32,000 nt of DNA from Escherichia coli (GTDB lineage Bacteria; Pseudomonadota; Gammaproteobacteria; Enterobacterales; Enterobacteriaceae): assembly GCF_036504765.1 (NCBI RefSeq), contig NZ_AP027790.1, one strand, 5' to 3'. A program made the translations under genes and the position numbers. Under the pieces are notes generated by a model. The model was given only the letters and a program-made list of their open reading frames with translations. It ran no database searches and was not told the DNA's origin. Shown in pieces: positions 1 to 27,763 of the stretch (its first letter is position 1; each line of letters opens with the position of its first letter).

Positions 1-489
1 CACTTCATACTCATAGTGGTTACGCATGTCGATAAATAGTACATCGGGATCGTCAAGCATGGCGTTCACTTCCGCCGCTTGCAGATACTCACCAACATTG
101 CTGGCATCAAAGTGAGGATCGTCAATACCGTCGGCAACAATGCGATCGCGTACCTTCATGCGCAGTACCCAGAAGGATTTCCCGTCATCATCCAACGCGA
201 TATTCAGGCGTAAACCCTCTAAAGCCGGGTCGAAGGCATAGAGCTGCGCGCGAAATGTTTCAACATTGCTCGCAGGTACGCTGATTTGCGCGTTAATGCC
301 CTCATGCGCCAGATACACTCGCCCAAAAACATTCAGCGCGGTAAACAGCTGATATAAAGCGTCACGGGTCGCCTTAGGATCGGCGATGTGGAAATACTTG
401 TAAAACGAAATGGTGGTTCGCGGTTCGCTCTCAGCCAACATTTTGGCTTTTAGCGCGTCGTTGGAAATGCGGTTGTGTAACACTGGCAT
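1..489 (-). CDS. trhO: tRNA uridine(34) hydroxylase / rhodanese-domain protein YceA (TrhO), N-terminal part; the gene runs off the left edge
   Basis: Reverse-strand translation from the ATG (complement of 487-489) reads [43 protein letters not shown]..., which I recognise as E. coli YceA. The frame stays open to position 1. It is absent from the ORF track because no stop lies in the window. Confidence 0.85.
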   Translation of the reverse strand, partial: MPVLHNRISNDALKAKMLAESEPRTTISFYKYFHIADPKATRDALYQLFTALNVFGRVYLAHEGINAQISVPASNVETFRAQLYAFDPALEGLRLNIALDDDGKSFWVLRMKVRDRIVADGIDDPHFDASNVGEYLQAAEVNAMLDDPDVLFIDMRNHYEYEV

Positions 490-713
490 GGTGTACGGTT
501 CCTGCGAGATGGGAAAGTAAAAATCCGCGGCATGATATAGCAATTATCGATAATTAACATCCACACATTTTACGCTACATTTGCGCATTAAAAATTATTT
601 GTTATTTACAAGCGCGGCAATTTCGCCCAGTCTTCAGCCACAAATTTTGGTTGCGGGCGAAAAAATGCGACAATACATACAATTGCCCGAATAGGTTGAA
701 AAACAGGATTGAT

Positions 714-1634
714 ATGACGAATCTACCCAATTTCTCCACCGCACTGCTTCATCCGCGTTATTGGTTAACCTGGTTGGGTATTGGCGTACTTTGGTTAGTC
801 GTGCAATTGCCCTACCCGGTTATCTACCGCCTCGGTTGTGGATTAGGAAAACTGGCGTTACGTTTTATGAAACGACGCGCAAAAATTGTGCATCGCAACC
901 TGGAACTGTGCTTCCCGGAAATGAGCGAACAAGAACGCCGTAAAATGGTGGTGAAGAATTTCGAATCCGTTGGCATGGGCCTGATGGAAACCGGCATGGC
1001 GTGGTTCTGGCCGGACCGCCGAATCGCCCGCTGGACGGAAGTGATCGGCATGGAACACATTCGTGACGTGCAGGCGCAAAAACGCGGCATCCTGTTAGTT
1101 GGCATCCATTTTCTGACACTGGAGCTGGGTGCGCGGCAGTTTGGTATGCAGGAACCGGGGATTGGCGTTTACCGCCCGAACGATAATCCACTGATTGACT
1201 GGCTACAAACCTGGGGCCGTTTGCGCTCAAATAAATCGATGCTCGACCGCAAAGATTTAAAAGGCATGATTAAAGCCCTGAAAAAAGGCGAAGTGGTCTG
1301 GTACGCACCGGATCATGATTACGGCCCGCGCTCAAGCGTTTTCGTCCCGTTATTTGCCGTTGAGCAGGCTGCGACCACGACCGGAACCTGGATGCTGGCA
1401 CGGATGTCCGGCGCATGTCTGGTGCCCTTCGTTCCACGCCGTAAGCCAGATGGCAAAGGGTATCAATTGATTATGCTGCCGCCAGAGTGTTCTCCGCCAC
1501 TGGATGATGCCGAAACTACCGCCGCGTGGATGAACAAAGTGGTCGAAAAATGCATCATGATGGCACCAGAGCAGTATATGTGGTTACACCGTCGCTTTAA
1601 AACACGCCCGGAAGGCGTTCCTTCACGCTATTAA
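714..1634 (+). CDS. lpxL: Lipid A biosynthesis lauroyl acyltransferase LpxL (HtrB)
   Basis: ORF 651..1634. I place the start at ATG 714 ([20 protein letters not shown]...), giving 306 aa. That matches the length and N-terminus I recall for LpxL. The TTG-initiated upstream extension is probably not translated. Confidence 0.93.
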   Translation: MTNLPNFSTALLHPRYWLTWLGIGVLWLVVQLPYPVIYRLGCGLGKLALRFMKRRAKIVHRNLELCFPEMSEQERRKMVVKNFESVGMGLMETGMAWFWPDRRIARWTEVIGMEHIRDVQAQKRGILLVGIHFLTLELGARQFGMQEPGIGVYRPNDNPLIDWLQTWGRLRSNKSMLDRKDLKGMIKALKKGEVVWYAPDHDYGPRSSVFVPLFAVEQAATTTGTWMLARMSGACLVPFVPRRKPDGKGYQLIMLPPECSPPLDDAETTAAWMNKVVEKCIMMAPEQYMWLHRRFKTRPEGVPSRY

Positions 1635-1643
1635 ATCTCCCCT

Positions 1644-1670
1644 GCCGGATGCTTCAGAATGGCATCCGGC
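1644..1670 (+). terminator. Stem-loop downstream of lpxL (GCCGGATGC-n9-GCATCCGGC)
   Basis: Perfect 9-bp inverted repeat 10 nt after the lpxL stop. No clear T-run follows, so its terminator function is uncertain. Confidence 0.4.
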
Positions 1671-1805
1671 ATTACCACAGCAAATCCCCCTGATTTAGCG
1701 ATAAAAGCTCTCTGGATTGCGCCCCCTGGAAGTCGGGCGCATAATTAGTGTGCTTATCTTTTCTTCTTATGTTCACCGCGCCTGGCGCACCAACAGCGGA
1801 TTGCT

Positions 1806-3032
1806 ATGTCACCCTGTGAAAATGACACCCCTATAAACTGGAAACGAAACCTGATCGTCGCCTGGCTAGGCTGTTTTCTTACCGGTGCCGCCTTCAGTCT
1901 GGTAATGCCCTTCCTACCCCTCTACGTTGAGCAGCTTGGAGTTACCGGTCACTCCGCCCTGAATATGTGGTCCGGTATTGTCTTCAGCATTACATTTTTA
2001 TTTTCGGCCATCGCCTCACCGTTTTGGGGTGGACTCGCCGACCGTAAAGGCCGAAAACTCATGCTATTACGCTCTGCCCTCGGCATGGGCATCGTGATGG
2101 TGTTGATGGGACTGGCACAAAATATCTGGCAGTTTTTGATCCTACGGGCGCTTCTTGGGTTACTTGGCGGATTTGTCCCCAACGCTAATGCTCTTATCGC
2201 CACACAAGTACCGCGTAATAAAAGCGGCTGGGCGCTGGGTACGCTCTCCACAGGCGGCGTTAGTGGTGCGTTGCTCGGCCCAATGGCTGGCGGCCTGCTC
2301 GCCGATAGCTACGGCTTACGTCCGGTATTCTTTATTACCGCCAGTGTGCTCATACTCTGCTTTTTCGTCACCCTGTTCTGCATCAGAGAAAAATTCCAGC
2401 CGGTCAGCAAAAAAGAGATGCTGCACATGCGGGAAGTGGTGACATCACTTAAAAACCCGAAACTGGTACTCAGCCTGTTTGTCACCACGTTAATCATCCA
2501 GGTGGCGACAGGCTCAATTGCCCCCATTCTGACGCTGTATGTCCGCGAACTGGCGGGTAACGTCAGTAACGTCGCCTTTATCAGTGGCATGATCGCCTCG
2601 GTGCCAGGCGTGGCGGCTCTGCTAAGCGCACCACGACTCGGCAAACTTGGCGATCGAATCGGACCCGAAAAGATCCTGATTACAGCGCTGATCTTTTCTG
2701 TACTGCTGTTGATCCCAATGTCTTACGTTCAGACGCCATTGCAACTTGGGATTTTACGTTTTTTGCTCGGTGCCGCCGATGGTGCACTACTCCCCGCCGT
2801 ACAGACACTGTTGGTTTACAACTCGAGCAACCAGATCGCCGGGCGTATCTTCAGCTATAACCAATCGTTTCGTGATATTGGCAACGTTACCGGACCATTG
2901 ATGGGAGCAGCGATTTCAGCGAACTACGGTTTCAGAGCGGTATTTCTCGTCACCGCTGGCGTAGTGTTATTCAACGCAGTCTATTCATGGAACAGTCTAC
3001 GTCGTCGTCGAATACCCCAGGTATCGAACTGA
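1806..3032 (+). CDS. mdtG: MFS multidrug efflux transporter MdtG (YceE)
   Basis: 408-aa ORF. The polytopic hydrophobic protein [41 protein letters not shown]... is recognised as MdtG, and it sits in the conserved position between lpxL and msyB. Confidence 0.93.
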
Positions 3033-3114
3033 TTTTTCGCCTTTCATACTTGCAAAAGCGGAGAATCAGCTATCCTTTTCCCTGAAACCTCATCAACTCA
3101 AAGGGAGAATCGTG

Positions 3115-3489
3115 ATGACCATGTACGCAACGCTTGAAGAAGCCATTGACGCTGCACGCGAAGAATTTCTTGCAGACAACCCCGGCATCGACGCCGAAGA
3201 TGCGAATGTGCAACAGTTCAATGCCCAAAAATACGTTTTGCAGGACGGCGACATCATGTGGCAAGTTGAGTTTTTTGCCGACGAAGGGGAAGAAGGTGAA
3301 TGTTTACCTATGCTTAGCGGTGAAGCCGCGCAAAGTGTTTTTGATGGCGACTATGATGAGATAGAGATACGCCAGGAGTGGCAGGAAGAGAATACATTAC
3401 ATGAATGGGACGAGGGGGAATTTCAGCTTGAGCCACCGCTGGATACCGAGGAAGGACGCGCAGCAGCTGATGAGTGGGATGAACGTTAA
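3115..3489 (+). CDS. msyB: Acidic protein MsyB
   Basis: ORF 3112..3489. Using ATG 3115 gives the 124-aa MTMYATLEEAIDAAREEFLADNPG... sequence. The protein is extremely Asp/Glu-rich, as known for MsyB. A GGAG-type RBS (AAGGGAGAA) lies upstream. Confidence 0.92.
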   Translation: MTMYATLEEAIDAAREEFLADNPGIDAEDANVQQFNAQKYVLQDGDIMWQVEFFADEGEEGECLPMLSGEAAQSVFDGDYDEIEIRQEWQEENTLHEWDEGEFQLEPPLDTEEGRAAADEWDER

Positions 3490-3717
3490 TCACTCATACG
3501 GGCCATGATGAATGTCGATCGGCAGCAGTAAAGTATCAAAAACCAGAGAGAATGGCAGATCAAGGATCGTGACATAACGCCAGGCGGAGTCACGCACATC
3601 CCATTGCACACCGGGATAATATTGGTTGCCATGCCCCTGCCCCGGTATAGTGCGACTAATAATGCTGCCACAGCCACTCAGCAAGGTCACCATGATGCTC
3701 ACCACAATTAAACGCAT
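3490..3717 (-). CDS. yceK: Lipoprotein YceK
   Basis: 75-aa ORF MRLIVVSIMVTLLSGC.... It has a lipobox (LLSGC) and the conserved neighbourhood. Confidence 0.88.
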   Translation of the reverse strand: MRLIVVSIMVTLLSGCGSIISRTIPGQGHGNQYYPGVQWDVRDSAWRYVTILDLPFSLVFDTLLLPIDIHHGPYE

Positions 3718-3733
3718 TTGATACCTCTTTCGT

Positions 3734-3766
3734 AAAAAAATACCGGCATAACGCCGGTATTTTTAT
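3734..3766. terminator. Bidirectional rho-independent terminator between opgH and yceK
   Basis: AAAAAAA-TACCGGC-ATAAC-GCCGGTA-TTTTTATT. The GC stem is flanked by an A-run and a T-run, so it works in both orientations. On the minus strand it follows opgGH and the REPs. Confidence 0.7.
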
Positions 3767-3781
3767 TGGCTCGTTGTTTTT

Positions 3782-3880
3782 GCCGGATGCGGCGTGAACG
3801 CCTTATCCGACCCACAAAATCTTGCAAAATCAATAAATTGCAGGAACGATGTAGGCCTGATAAGCGTAGCGCATCAGGCA
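3782..3880. repeat. BIME / RIP-type element: two inverted REP sequences flanking an IHF consensus
   Basis: GCCGGATGCGGCGTGAACGCCTTATCCGAC (3782-3811) and GTAGGCCTGATAAGCGTAGCGCATCAGGC (3851-3879) are canonical E. coli REP sequences. Between them, AATCAATAAATTG fits the IHF consensus WATCAANNNNTTR. Confidence 0.85.
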
Positions 3881-3889
3881 ACTACGTTT

Positions 3890-8072
<4,183 letters not shown>

Positions 8073-8354
8073 TCAGCACGCTGGCTCATGGATTAAGCAC
8101 CTGATTGCAACCGTTTTCACTTTCCGTGCTTCTCCTAAAGACAGAAGCATCGACTTCGTGTAGGGTTTGCCAGCAATTTTATTTATCAACCGTCTTACAG
8201 ACGCTTCCATTCTGGTTAGTGGTAGCGATGATGCTATGCATAAAAACCTTGAAGCCTGCGCCTGGCGCGGTCAGGTCGGTGTCGCTATGGCAACAAGCCT
8301 AAAGGCATAACCCGACAGGGATAAGACGAAAAATCCGAGATTAGTTAACCATAT

Positions 8355-9512
8355 ATGAATCCAGTACCCGCGCAACGTGAATATTTCCTCGACTCCATCC
8401 GCGCCTGGCTGATGTTGTTAGGGATCCCTTTTCATATTTCTTTAATCTATTCGAGCCATACATGGCATGTGAATAGCGCCGAACCATCATTGTGGCTGAC
8501 CCTTTTTAATGACTTCATCCACTCGTTCCGCATGCAGGTATTTTTCGTTATATCCGGCTACTTTTCCTACATGCTTTTTTTACGCTATCCCTTGAAAAAA
8601 TGGTGGAAAGTACGTGTCGAACGTGTAGGTATCCCGATGTTAACAGCCATCCCCCTACTGACATTACCGCAATTTATTATGCTGCAATATGTCAAAGGAA
8701 AAGCGGAAAGTTGGCCTGGGCTGTCATTGTATGACAAATATAATACGTTGGCCTGGGAATTAATATCACACCTGTGGTTTTTACTGGTGTTAGTAGTCAT
8801 GACGACGCTGTGCGTATGGATATTTAAGCGCATCAGAAATAATTTAGAAAATTCTGATAAAACGAATAAAAAATTCTCGATGGTAAAACTATCGGTGATT
8901 TTTTTATGCCTCGGCATCGGTTATGCGGTAATAAGAAGAACGATTTTTATTGTGTATCCGCCCATTCTGAGTAATGGCATGTTCAATTTTATTGTCATGC
9001 AAACGCTGTTTTATTTGCCGTTCTTTATCCTCGGCGCACTGGCTTTCATTTTCCCTCATCTTAAAGCCTTGTTTACCACGCCGTCTCGTGGCTGTACCCT
9101 TGCAGCAGCATTGGCGTTTGTCGCTTATTTACTCAACCAGCGCTATGGCAGTGGCGATGCCTGGATGTACGAAACCGAGTCGGTGATCACCATGGTCCTC
9201 GGTCTGTGGATGGTGAATGTGGTCTTCTCCTTTGGCCACCGTTTGCTTAACTTCCAGTCAGCGCGGGTGACTTATTTTGTTAACGCATCGCTGTTTATCT
9301 ATCTGGTTCACCACCCGTTAACGCTGTTTTTCGGCGCATACATTACACCGCACATCACCTCCAACTGGCTTGGTTTTCTCTGTGGCCTGATATTTGTAGT
9401 AGGGATTGCGATAATTCTGTATGAAATTCATTTGCGCATCCCGTTACTGAAGTTTTTGTTCTCTGGTAAACCGGTTGTTAAGCGTGAGAACGATAAAGCA
9501 CCAGCCCGTTAA
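8355..9512 (+). CDS. opgC: OPG succinyltransferase OpgC (MdoC), acyltransferase-3 family membrane protein
   Basis: 385-aa polytopic [37 protein letters not shown].... It is divergent from opgGH, as in K-12. Confidence 0.9.
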   Translation: MNPVPAQREYFLDSIRAWLMLLGIPFHISLIYSSHTWHVNSAEPSLWLTLFNDFIHSFRMQVFFVISGYFSYMLFLRYPLKKWWKVRVERVGIPMLTAIPLLTLPQFIMLQYVKGKAESWPGLSLYDKYNTLAWELISHLWFLLVLVVMTTLCVWIFKRIRNNLENSDKTNKKFSMVKLSVIFLCLGIGYAVIRRTIFIVYPPILSNGMFNFIVMQTLFYLPFFILGALAFIFPHLKALFTTPSRGCTLAAALAFVAYLLNQRYGSGDAWMYETESVITMVLGLWMVNVVFSFGHRLLNFQSARVTYFVNASLFIYLVHHPLTLFFGAYITPHITSNWLGFLCGLIFVVGIAIILYEIHLRIPLLKFLFSGKPVVKRENDKAPAR

Positions 9513-9519
9513 GCCACAT

Positions 9520-10950
9520 TTACAATAACCATTCCACGGGCAATATCGACGCCAGTCTGACCATAACCCGCTTCCAGAAACTGGTGGCGGGTTCTTTTTT
9601 GAGAATAATCTCTTTCTTTGCATGACGATCAACCCAGTTGATCCGTCCCCACCTGTCCAGACGGAGCTGCCAGGCCGCATCATACTGGCTCTGAATAAAG
9701 CGTTTATCAATTAACTGTGCCAGCGTTTCGCTCTCTATCACGAAGCCCATTTCAGTATTGAGCAATGTTGAACGCGGATCGAAATTGAAAGAGCCGATAA
9801 ACACCGTTTTACCATCGATGCTAAAGGTTTTAGCATGCAGGCTGGCTCCGGAATTACCGGTTATGCCGCGATCGTGTAACGTACTACTTTGTTCACGCGT
9901 CGGCTTGAGTTCATATAATTCCACGCCATAGCGGAGCAATTTTTTGCGCCAGCGCGCGTATCCGGCATGGACGACAGCAACATCGTTAGCGGCAAGAGAA
10001 TTGGTTAGGATCGCAATCTTTACCCCTTTTCTCACCATCCGTAAGAGTTGCGCCACACCTGCGCGTGTCGGTACAAAATAGGAAGAGATAATATCGATGC
10101 GTTCACTGGGTGAGCCCATGATATCGAACAGGCGCTGCGGTAACAGTGAATGCCGTTTTGCCTTGCCCTCCCCTTTCGCCGGATCATCACTTAATAAACG
10201 TGTTTTCGCCCAGATAAGCGGCAACGTTCCATCAACCAGATGATTTATAAACGGACTGGATTCCATTTTGCGTAAGTAACGATGCGTCATAGCATCGTTA
10301 TGCCAGGAGGCGGGTAACTCGATGCGATCCGCCATTTCACCTTCCGGGACATCCAGCACTTGCTGTAAGGGTGAAACCGATTTGCAATACCAGTAGCGGG
10401 CGAAATCATCGGCAACGTCCTCTACCACGGGCCCTATTGCCATAACATCTAAATCCGAAAAAAGTGGCTCTTCCCCTGCCCCAAAATAGGCATCACCAAT
10501 ATTTCGCCCCCCTACCAGCGTCACCACGCCATCGACAGTGAAACTTTTATTGTGCATACGGCGATTGAGACGGGAAAAGTCGGTGATATAACCAAGCGGA
10601 CGCAGCAAGCGAAACGAGAAAGGATTAAAAAGCCGGACTTCAATGCGGGGATGGCTGTCAAGCAAGCGTAAAATGTCGTCAAGTCCGGGCGTATTGTTGT
10701 CGTCCAGCAACAAACGGACGCGAACGCCACGCTTTGCTGCGGCTAACAGGGCGGAAAACAGTAACCGACCCGACATATCGTCCTGCCAGATGTAATACTG
10801 AACATCCAGCGTATGCTCTGCCATTTCGGCCAGACGATACCGGGCGGCAAACGCATCCAGACTTTTCTCCAGAGGGAAAAGACCACACTGACCGGGATGT
10901 TGCGAACACAGTGGCAGCACCGCGCTCGCCAGCCGGGGCAAATCATTCAT
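9520..10950 (-). CDS. clsC: Cardiolipin synthase C (YmdC), PLD superfamily
   Basis: ORF 9520..11217. The N-terminal ~89 codons overlap ymdB in another frame. I place the start at [20 protein letters not shown] (ATG at 10950), which overlaps the ymdB stop by 8 nt. Two HKD-type motifs are present ([12 protein letters not shown] and [11 protein letters not shown]). The exact start is uncertain by a few codons. Confidence 0.88.
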   Translation of the reverse strand: MNDLPRLASAVLPLCSQHPGQCGLFPLEKSLDAFAARYRLAEMAEHTLDVQYYIWQDDMSGRLLFSALLAAAKRGVRVRLLLDDNNTPGLDDILRLLDSHPRIEVRLFNPFSFRLLRPLGYITDFSRLNRRMHNKSFTVDGVVTLVGGRNIGDAYFGAGEEPLFSDLDVMAIGPVVEDVADDFARYWYCKSVSPLQQVLDVPEGEMADRIELPASWHNDAMTHRYLRKMESSPFINHLVDGTLPLIWAKTRLLSDDPAKGEGKAKRHSLLPQRLFDIMGSPSERIDIISSYFVPTRAGVAQLLRMVRKGVKIAILTNSLAANDVAVVHAGYARWRKKLLRYGVELYELKPTREQSSTLHDRGITGNSGASLHAKTFSIDGKTVFIGSFNFDPRSTLLNTEMGFVIESETLAQLIDKRFIQSQYDAAWQLRLDRWGRINWVDRHAKKEIILKKEPATSFWKRVMVRLASILPVEWLL

Positions 10951-11476
10951 CTCCTTGTTGGGTAAGGAGTCTTTCGTAGAGGTGGGCGTTTTCTTCATCA
11001 TAACAGACAAAGTATACCTGTTCGGGTAAAGCGTGACGGGTAATAAATTCTGAAACGGTTTTAACTGCGATTTCAGCCGCTGCCGCACGAGGGTAACCAT
11101 AAACCCCAGTACTGATTGCAGGAAAAGCCACTGACGTATAGCTGTTTGCCGCCACCAGTCGTAGGCTATTGAGATAGGCATCCTGCAAAAGCTGGTCTTC
11201 GTTTTGTTCACCACCACGCCAGACTGGCCCGACGGTGTGCACTACGGCTTTAGCGGGAAGAGCGCCTGCAAGCGTAATAACGGCATGCCCCGTAGGGCAA
11301 TCGCCCTGCTGTTGCCTGACTTTTAAACAGGCATCCAGCAGGGCCGGACCCGCTGCGCGATGAATGGCCCCATCGACGCCGCCGCCTCCCATTAATGACG
11401 GATTAGCCGCATTCACAATCACATCAACGGCCAGTTTGGTAATATCACCCTGCACAACATGAATACACGTTTTCAT
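10943..11476 (-). CDS. ymdB: O-acetyl-ADP-ribose deacetylase, macrodomain protein YmdB
   Basis: 177-aa [47 protein letters not shown].... This is a canonical macrodomain motif. Confidence 0.92.
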   Translation of the reverse strand: MKTCIHVVQGDITKLAVDVIVNAANPSLMGGGGVDGAIHRAAGPALLDACLKVRQQQGDCPTGHAVITLAGALPAKAVVHTVGPVWRGGEQNEDQLLQDAYLNSLRLVAANSYTSVAFPAISTGVYGYPRAAAAEIAVKTVSEFITRHALPEQVYFVCYDEENAHLYERLLTQQGDE

Positions 11477-11570
11477 AACGCCTCCTTACACCTTCTTGTT
11501 TCTTAAGTGTACAGCAGGCTTTTTGGTTAAATCGCATTTTTCTGCTCAGCAACGTGCGTTGTTCAGAAAC

Positions 11571-16204
<4,634 letters not shown>

Positions 16205-16215
16205 TATTATGTTAT

Positions 16216-16238
16216 GGCGTCTTTCGGGACGCCTTTTT
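16216..16238 (+). terminator. Rho-independent terminator after the major coat gene
   Basis: GGCGTC-TTTCGG-GACGCC followed by TTTTT. Confidence 0.75.
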
Positions 16239-16240
16239 AG

Positions 16241-20363
<4,123 letters not shown>

Positions 20364-20401
20364 CAGGGGCTATTGATGATGTTGTCTGCACGTGATGAGT
20401 T

Positions 20402-20569
<168 letters not shown>

Positions 20570-20605
20570 GGGCAGTTACCGAGACGAGCGACGCAAGGCG
20601 TGAGT

Positions 20606-21252
<647 letters not shown>

Positions 21253-21283
21253 TATCGGTAAGCGTTATTGTTATGTGAGGTGA

Positions 21284-22612
<1,329 letters not shown>

Positions 22613-22635
22613 TTCTCACAGATATAGCCAACAAA

Positions 22636-22672
22636 ATAAAAGCCAGTTACCTTATAACTGGCTTTTATTTTA
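22636..22672. terminator. Bidirectional terminator shared by gIV (+) and the convergent 80-aa gene (-)
   Basis: AAAATAAA-AGCCAGTTA-CCTTA-TAACTGGCT-TTTATTTT. A perfect 9-bp stem is flanked by an A-run and a T-run. Confidence 0.8.
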
Positions 22673-22689
22673 TTATGTTTGATTACTCT

Positions 22690-23591
<902 letters not shown>

Positions 23592-23649
23592 ATTCTTCTC
23601 CCGAAAAAAAACAGGGCTTGCGCCCTGTTTCTGTAATACAAATGATGTA

Positions 23650-24105
23650 TTAGTACTGATGAGCGGTCGCGTTGTTACCAAAGCCAACCTGAGTCACGTT
23701 GACGGAGGAGTTAGATGCAGTCTGGTCAACTGCAGCACCGTTGCCACCACCGAACTGTTTAACAGTCATTTCAGAATTTTTGCCGTTCCACTGATCAAGA
23801 GTGGCGCTGTTACCGAAGCCACGTTGGGTCAGATCGATTGAGCTGTCATCTGAGCCCTGACCTACATCTGCACCATTACCACCGCCATGCTGGGTAATAG
23901 TCAAGTCAGAGTTACGGGCATCAGTTTGCAGAGCAAGTGCAGAGTTACCGCCACCGTACTGGTAAATGTTCAGCTCTGAATTTGGGCCGCTATTATTACC
24001 GCCACCACCGTGGTTACCGCCGCCGCCGTACTGAGGAACAACACCTGCCAGAGCGCTACCGGAGAATACGATTGCTGCAATTGCTGCTACTTTTAAAAGT
24101 TTCAT
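23650..24105 (-). CDS. csgA: Major curlin subunit CsgA
   Basis: 151 aa, MKLLKVAAIAAIVFSGSALAGVVPQYGGGGNHGGGGNNSGPNSELNIYQYGGGNSAL.... It carries the five imperfect curlin repeats. Confidence 0.97.
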   Translation of the reverse strand: MKLLKVAAIAAIVFSGSALAGVVPQYGGGGNHGGGGNNSGPNSELNIYQYGGGNSALALQTDARNSDLTITQHGGGNGADVGQGSDDSSIDLTQRGFGNSATLDQWNGKNSEMTVKQFGGGNGAAVDQTASNSSVNVTQVGFGNNATAHQY

Positions 24106-24145
24106 GTAAAACCCCCATCGGATTGATTTAAAAGTCGAATGGAAA

Positions 24146-24601
24146 TTAACGTTGTGTCACGCGAATAGCCATTTGCGACTGTCTCTGCACTACAATTGCC
24201 GTTTTTTGAGTACCATACTGTGTAATATTTGCTTTATTACCAGAACCTTTCTGGATAATCATCGCAGTATTACCATAAGCACCTTGCGAAATACTGGCAT
24301 CGTTGGCACTGCCCGCCTGATCAATATATGCAAGGTTATAATCTCCTGTCTGGTCAATCTTTGCCCGGTTGCTACTACCTTCTTGCGCAACAACCGCCAA
24401 AAGTTTTGAGCCTCCCTGCCGTAACTGAGCACTATTATTCGTCCCAGCTTGACCAATTATGGCTGCCTGATTAAATGAAGACTTACTCAATTCATTTACC
24501 GCGAAGTTATATTCTGAATTAGCTAAATCATAACCTGCTGCGGCTGCAATCCCAGGCGCACCCAGTATTGTTAACATCATAAATAACAATTTGTTTTTCA
24601 T
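24146..24601 (-). CDS. csgB: Minor curlin / nucleator CsgB
   Basis: ORF 24146..24628. Starting at MKNKLLFMMLTILGAPGIAAA gives 151 aa. Confidence 0.95.
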   Translation of the reverse strand: MKNKLLFMMLTILGAPGIAAAAGYDLANSEYNFAVNELSKSSFNQAAIIGQAGTNNSAQLRQGGSKLLAVVAQEGSSNRAKIDQTGDYNLAYIDQAGSANDASISQGAYGNTAMIIQKGSGNKANITQYGTQKTAIVVQRQSQMAIRVTQR

Positions 24602-25147
24602 GTTGTCACCCTGGACCTGGTCGTACATTTAAGAAATTAAATCATTTCAACTTGGTTGTTAACGCAACCTGTATTTTGTTAACGCTGCGTTACGATGGAA
24701 AGTATGTCTGCGGAAATATTTTTAATAACTCACCCGCGCGTTGTATTTTTCTTTTTTTGTTCATACCAAAGTATTAAAACCCACGTAAATACGCTGTTAT
24801 CTACGCAAAAAATATTTTGTTTTCTTTTAAACCTCCGTTTTCCGCTATCAAAAATCACCAGACAGTCATTTTTCTTGCCCGTCGCTGATTGCTGCGATAT
24901 GTCTTGCGCACAAGCCGTGACAAACCTCGTCTTTTTGCAGTAAAAAATTGTCCACGGAGGTGCGGAGAAAAAACAAGAACGTTTTACATGACGAAAGGAC
25001 TACACCGAAATATTTTTTATATGTATTATTAGTAAGTTATCACCATTTGTATGATTTTTTAAAATTGTGCAATAAAAACCAAATGTACAACTTTTCTATC
25101 ATTTCTAAACTTAATAAAACCTTAAGATTAACATTTTAATATAACGA

Positions 25148-25171
25148 GTTACATTTAGTTACATGTTTAAC
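25148..25171 (+). promoter_or_regulatory. OmpR-binding direct repeat upstream of PcsgD
   Basis: GTTACATTTAGTTACATGTTTAAC, with a GTTACAT direct repeat, lies immediately upstream of the -35. It matches the OmpR site I recall from csgD promoter studies. Confidence 0.6.
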
Positions 25172-25173
25172 AC

Positions 25174-25201
25174 TTGATTTAAGATTTGTAATGGCTAGAT
25201 T
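25174..25201 (+). promoter_or_regulatory. csgD promoter (-35 TTGATT, 16-bp spacer, -10 TAGATT)
   Basis: The hexamers were read directly. The predicted start near 25208 gives a ~147-nt leader, consistent with the ~148-nt csgD 5' UTR I recall. Confidence 0.6.
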
Positions 25202-25354
25202 GAAATCAGATGTAATCCATTAGTTTTATATTTTACCCATTTAGGGCTGATTTATTACTACACACAGCAGTGCAACATCTGTCAGTACTTCTGGTGCTTC
25301 TATTTTAGAGGCAGCTGTCAGGTGTGCGATCAATAAAAAAAGCGGGGTTTCATC

Positions 25355-26005
<651 letters not shown>

Positions 26006-26009
26006 AGCC

Positions 26010-26399
26010 ATGAAACGTTATTTACGCTGGATTGTGGCGGCAGAATTTCTGTTCGCCGCAGGGAATCTTCACGCCGTTGAGGTAGAAGTCCCGGGATTGT
26101 TAACTGACCATACTGTTTCATCTATTGGCCATGATTTTTACCGAGCCTTTAGTGATAAATGGGAAAGTGACTATACGGGTAACTTAACGATTAATGAAAG
26201 GCCCAGTGCACGATGGGGAAGCTGGATCACTATAACGGTCAATCAGGACGTTATTTTCCAGACTTTTTTATTTCCGTTGAAAAGAGACTTCGAGAAAACT
26301 GTCGTCTTTGCACTGATTCAAACTGAAGAAGCACTAAATCGTCGCCAGATAAATCAGGCGTTATTAAGTACGGGCGATTTGGCGCATGATGAATTCTAA
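26010..26399 (+). CDS. csgE: Curli secretion specificity factor CsgE
   Basis: 129-aa ORF with a signal peptide, in the conserved operon position. Confidence 0.95.
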
Positions 26400-26423
26400 A
26401 TAAAAAATTGTTCGGAGGCTGCA

Positions 26424-26840
26424 ATGCGTGTCAAACATGCAGTAGTTCTACTCATGCTTATTTCGCCATTAAGTTGGGCTGGAACCATGACTTTCCAGTT
26501 CCGTAATCCAAACTTTGGTGGTAACCCAAATAATGGCGCTTTTTTATTAAATAGCGCTCAGGCCCAAAACTCTTATAAAGATCCGAGCTATAACGATGAC
26601 TTTGGTATTGAAACACCCTCAGCGTTAGATAACTTTACTCAGGCCATCCAGTCACAAATTTTAGGTGGGCTACTGTCGAATATTAATACCGGTAAACCGG
26701 GCCGCATGGTGACCAACGATTATATTGTTGATATTGCTAACCGCGATGGTCAATTGCAGTTGAACGTGACAGATCGTAAAACCGGACAAACCTCGACCAT
26801 CCAGGTTTCGGGTTTACAAAATAACTCAACCGATTTTTAA
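26424..26840 (+). CDS. csgF: Curli assembly component CsgF
   Basis: 138-aa [41 protein letters not shown].... Confidence 0.95.
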
Positions 26841-26866
26841 GCCCCAGCTTCATAAGGAAAATAATC

Positions 26867-27700
26867 ATGCAGCGCTTATTTCTTTTGGTTGCCGTCATGT
26901 TACTGAGCGGATGCTTAACCGCCCCGCCTAAAGAAGCCGCCAGACCGACATTAATGCCTCGAGCTCAGAGCTACAAAGATTTGACCCATCTGCCAGCGCC
27001 GTCGGGTAAGATCTTTGTTTCGGTATACAACATTCAGGACGAAACCGGGCAATTTAAACCCTACCCGGCAAGTAACTTCTCCACTGCTGTTCCGCAAAGC
27101 GCCACGGCAATGCTGGTCACGGCATTGAAAGATTCTCGCTGGTTTATACCGCTGGAGCGCCAGGGCTTACAAAACCTGCTTAACGAGCGCAAGATTATTC
27201 GTGCGGCACAAGAAAACGGCACGGTTGCCATTAATAACCGAATCCCGCTGCAATCTTTAACGGCGGCAAATATTATGGTTGAAGGTTCGATTATCGGTTA
27301 TGAAAGCAACGTTAAATCGGGCGGTGTTGGGGCAAGATATTTTGGGATCGGTGCAGACACGCAATACCAGCTCGATCAGATTGCCGTGAACCTGCGCGTC
27401 GTCAATGTGAGTACCGGTGAGATCCTCTCCTCGGTGAACACCAGTAAGACGATACTTTCCTATGAAGTTCAGGCCGGGGTTTTCCGCTTTATTGACTACC
27501 AGCGCTTGCTGGAAGGGGAAGTGGGTTACACCTCAAACGAACCCGTTATGCTGTGTCTGATGTCGGCTATCGAAACAGGGGTCATTTTCCTGATTAATGA
27601 TGGTATCGACCGTGGTCTGTGGGATTTGCAGAACAAAGCAGAACGGCAGAACGACATTCTGGTGAAATACCGCCATATGTCGGTTCCACCGGAATCCTGA
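26867..27700 (+). CDS. csgG: Curli secretion channel lipoprotein CsgG
   Basis: 277-aa ORF MQRLFLLVAVMLLSGC... with a lipobox. Confidence 0.96.
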   Translation: MQRLFLLVAVMLLSGCLTAPPKEAARPTLMPRAQSYKDLTHLPAPSGKIFVSVYNIQDETGQFKPYPASNFSTAVPQSATAMLVTALKDSRWFIPLERQGLQNLLNERKIIRAAQENGTVAINNRIPLQSLTAANIMVEGSIIGYESNVKSGGVGARYFGIGADTQYQLDQIAVNLRVVNVSTGEILSSVNTSKTILSYEVQAGVFRFIDYQRLLEGEVGYTSNEPVMLCLMSAIETGVIFLINDGIDRGLWDLQNKAERQNDILVKYRHMSVPPES

Positions 27701-27711
27701 CAGATAAAAAA

Positions 27712-27735
27712 GCCGGAATTATCATCCGGCATTTT
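27712..27735 (+). terminator. csgDEFG terminator
   Basis: GCCGGA-ATTATCA-TCCGGC followed by ATTTT. Confidence 0.65.
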
Positions 27736-27763
27736 ACTGTTTAAGCGAAAGCGTGAGTGCCCC

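Larger units (their letters stand above)
24602..25354. promoter_or_regulatory. Divergent csgBAC / csgDEFG control region, including the csgD 5' UTR
   Basis: 753-bp AT-rich intergenic region between divergent csgB and csgD. From the literature it is the binding platform for OmpR, CpxR, IHF, H-NS, RstA and MlrA, and its 5' UTR is a target of several sRNAs. The track ORFs inside it are not credible. Confidence 0.9.

Noticed and set aside
651-713. N-terminal extensions in the ORF track: lpxL from 651, msyB from 3112, opgH to 6463, opgG to 7979, clsC to 11217, csgC to 23687, csgB to 24628, ycdZ to 28303 and ghrA to 30704
   Set aside because: Each extension begins at an alternative or upstream start that lacks an RBS or overlaps the neighbouring gene. 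The internal ATGs give the protein lengths and N-termini I recall for the E. coli proteins.
8105-8302. 65-aa ORF in the opgG-opgC divergent intergenic region
   Set aside because: It has a TTG start and no RBS, and it lies in a promoter region shared by two divergent operons. Nothing supports it as coding.
22673-22683. TTATGTTTGAT just right of the gIV terminator resembles the XerD arm of dif (TTATGTTAAAT, 9/11), hinting at XerCD-mediated integration as in CTXphi/CUS-1-type phages
   Set aside because: The 11 nt in the XerC-arm position (AACTGGCTTTT) do not resemble GGTGCGCATAA. The locus is not the chromosomal dif. I found no second dif-like site at the other end. In such AT-rich DNA a half-site match is unremarkable.
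24695-25139. Two + strand ORFs (82 and 63 aa) inside the csgB-csgD intergenic region
   Set aside because: This is a very AT-rich, well-studied regulatory region. The ORFs have no RBS and implausible composition.
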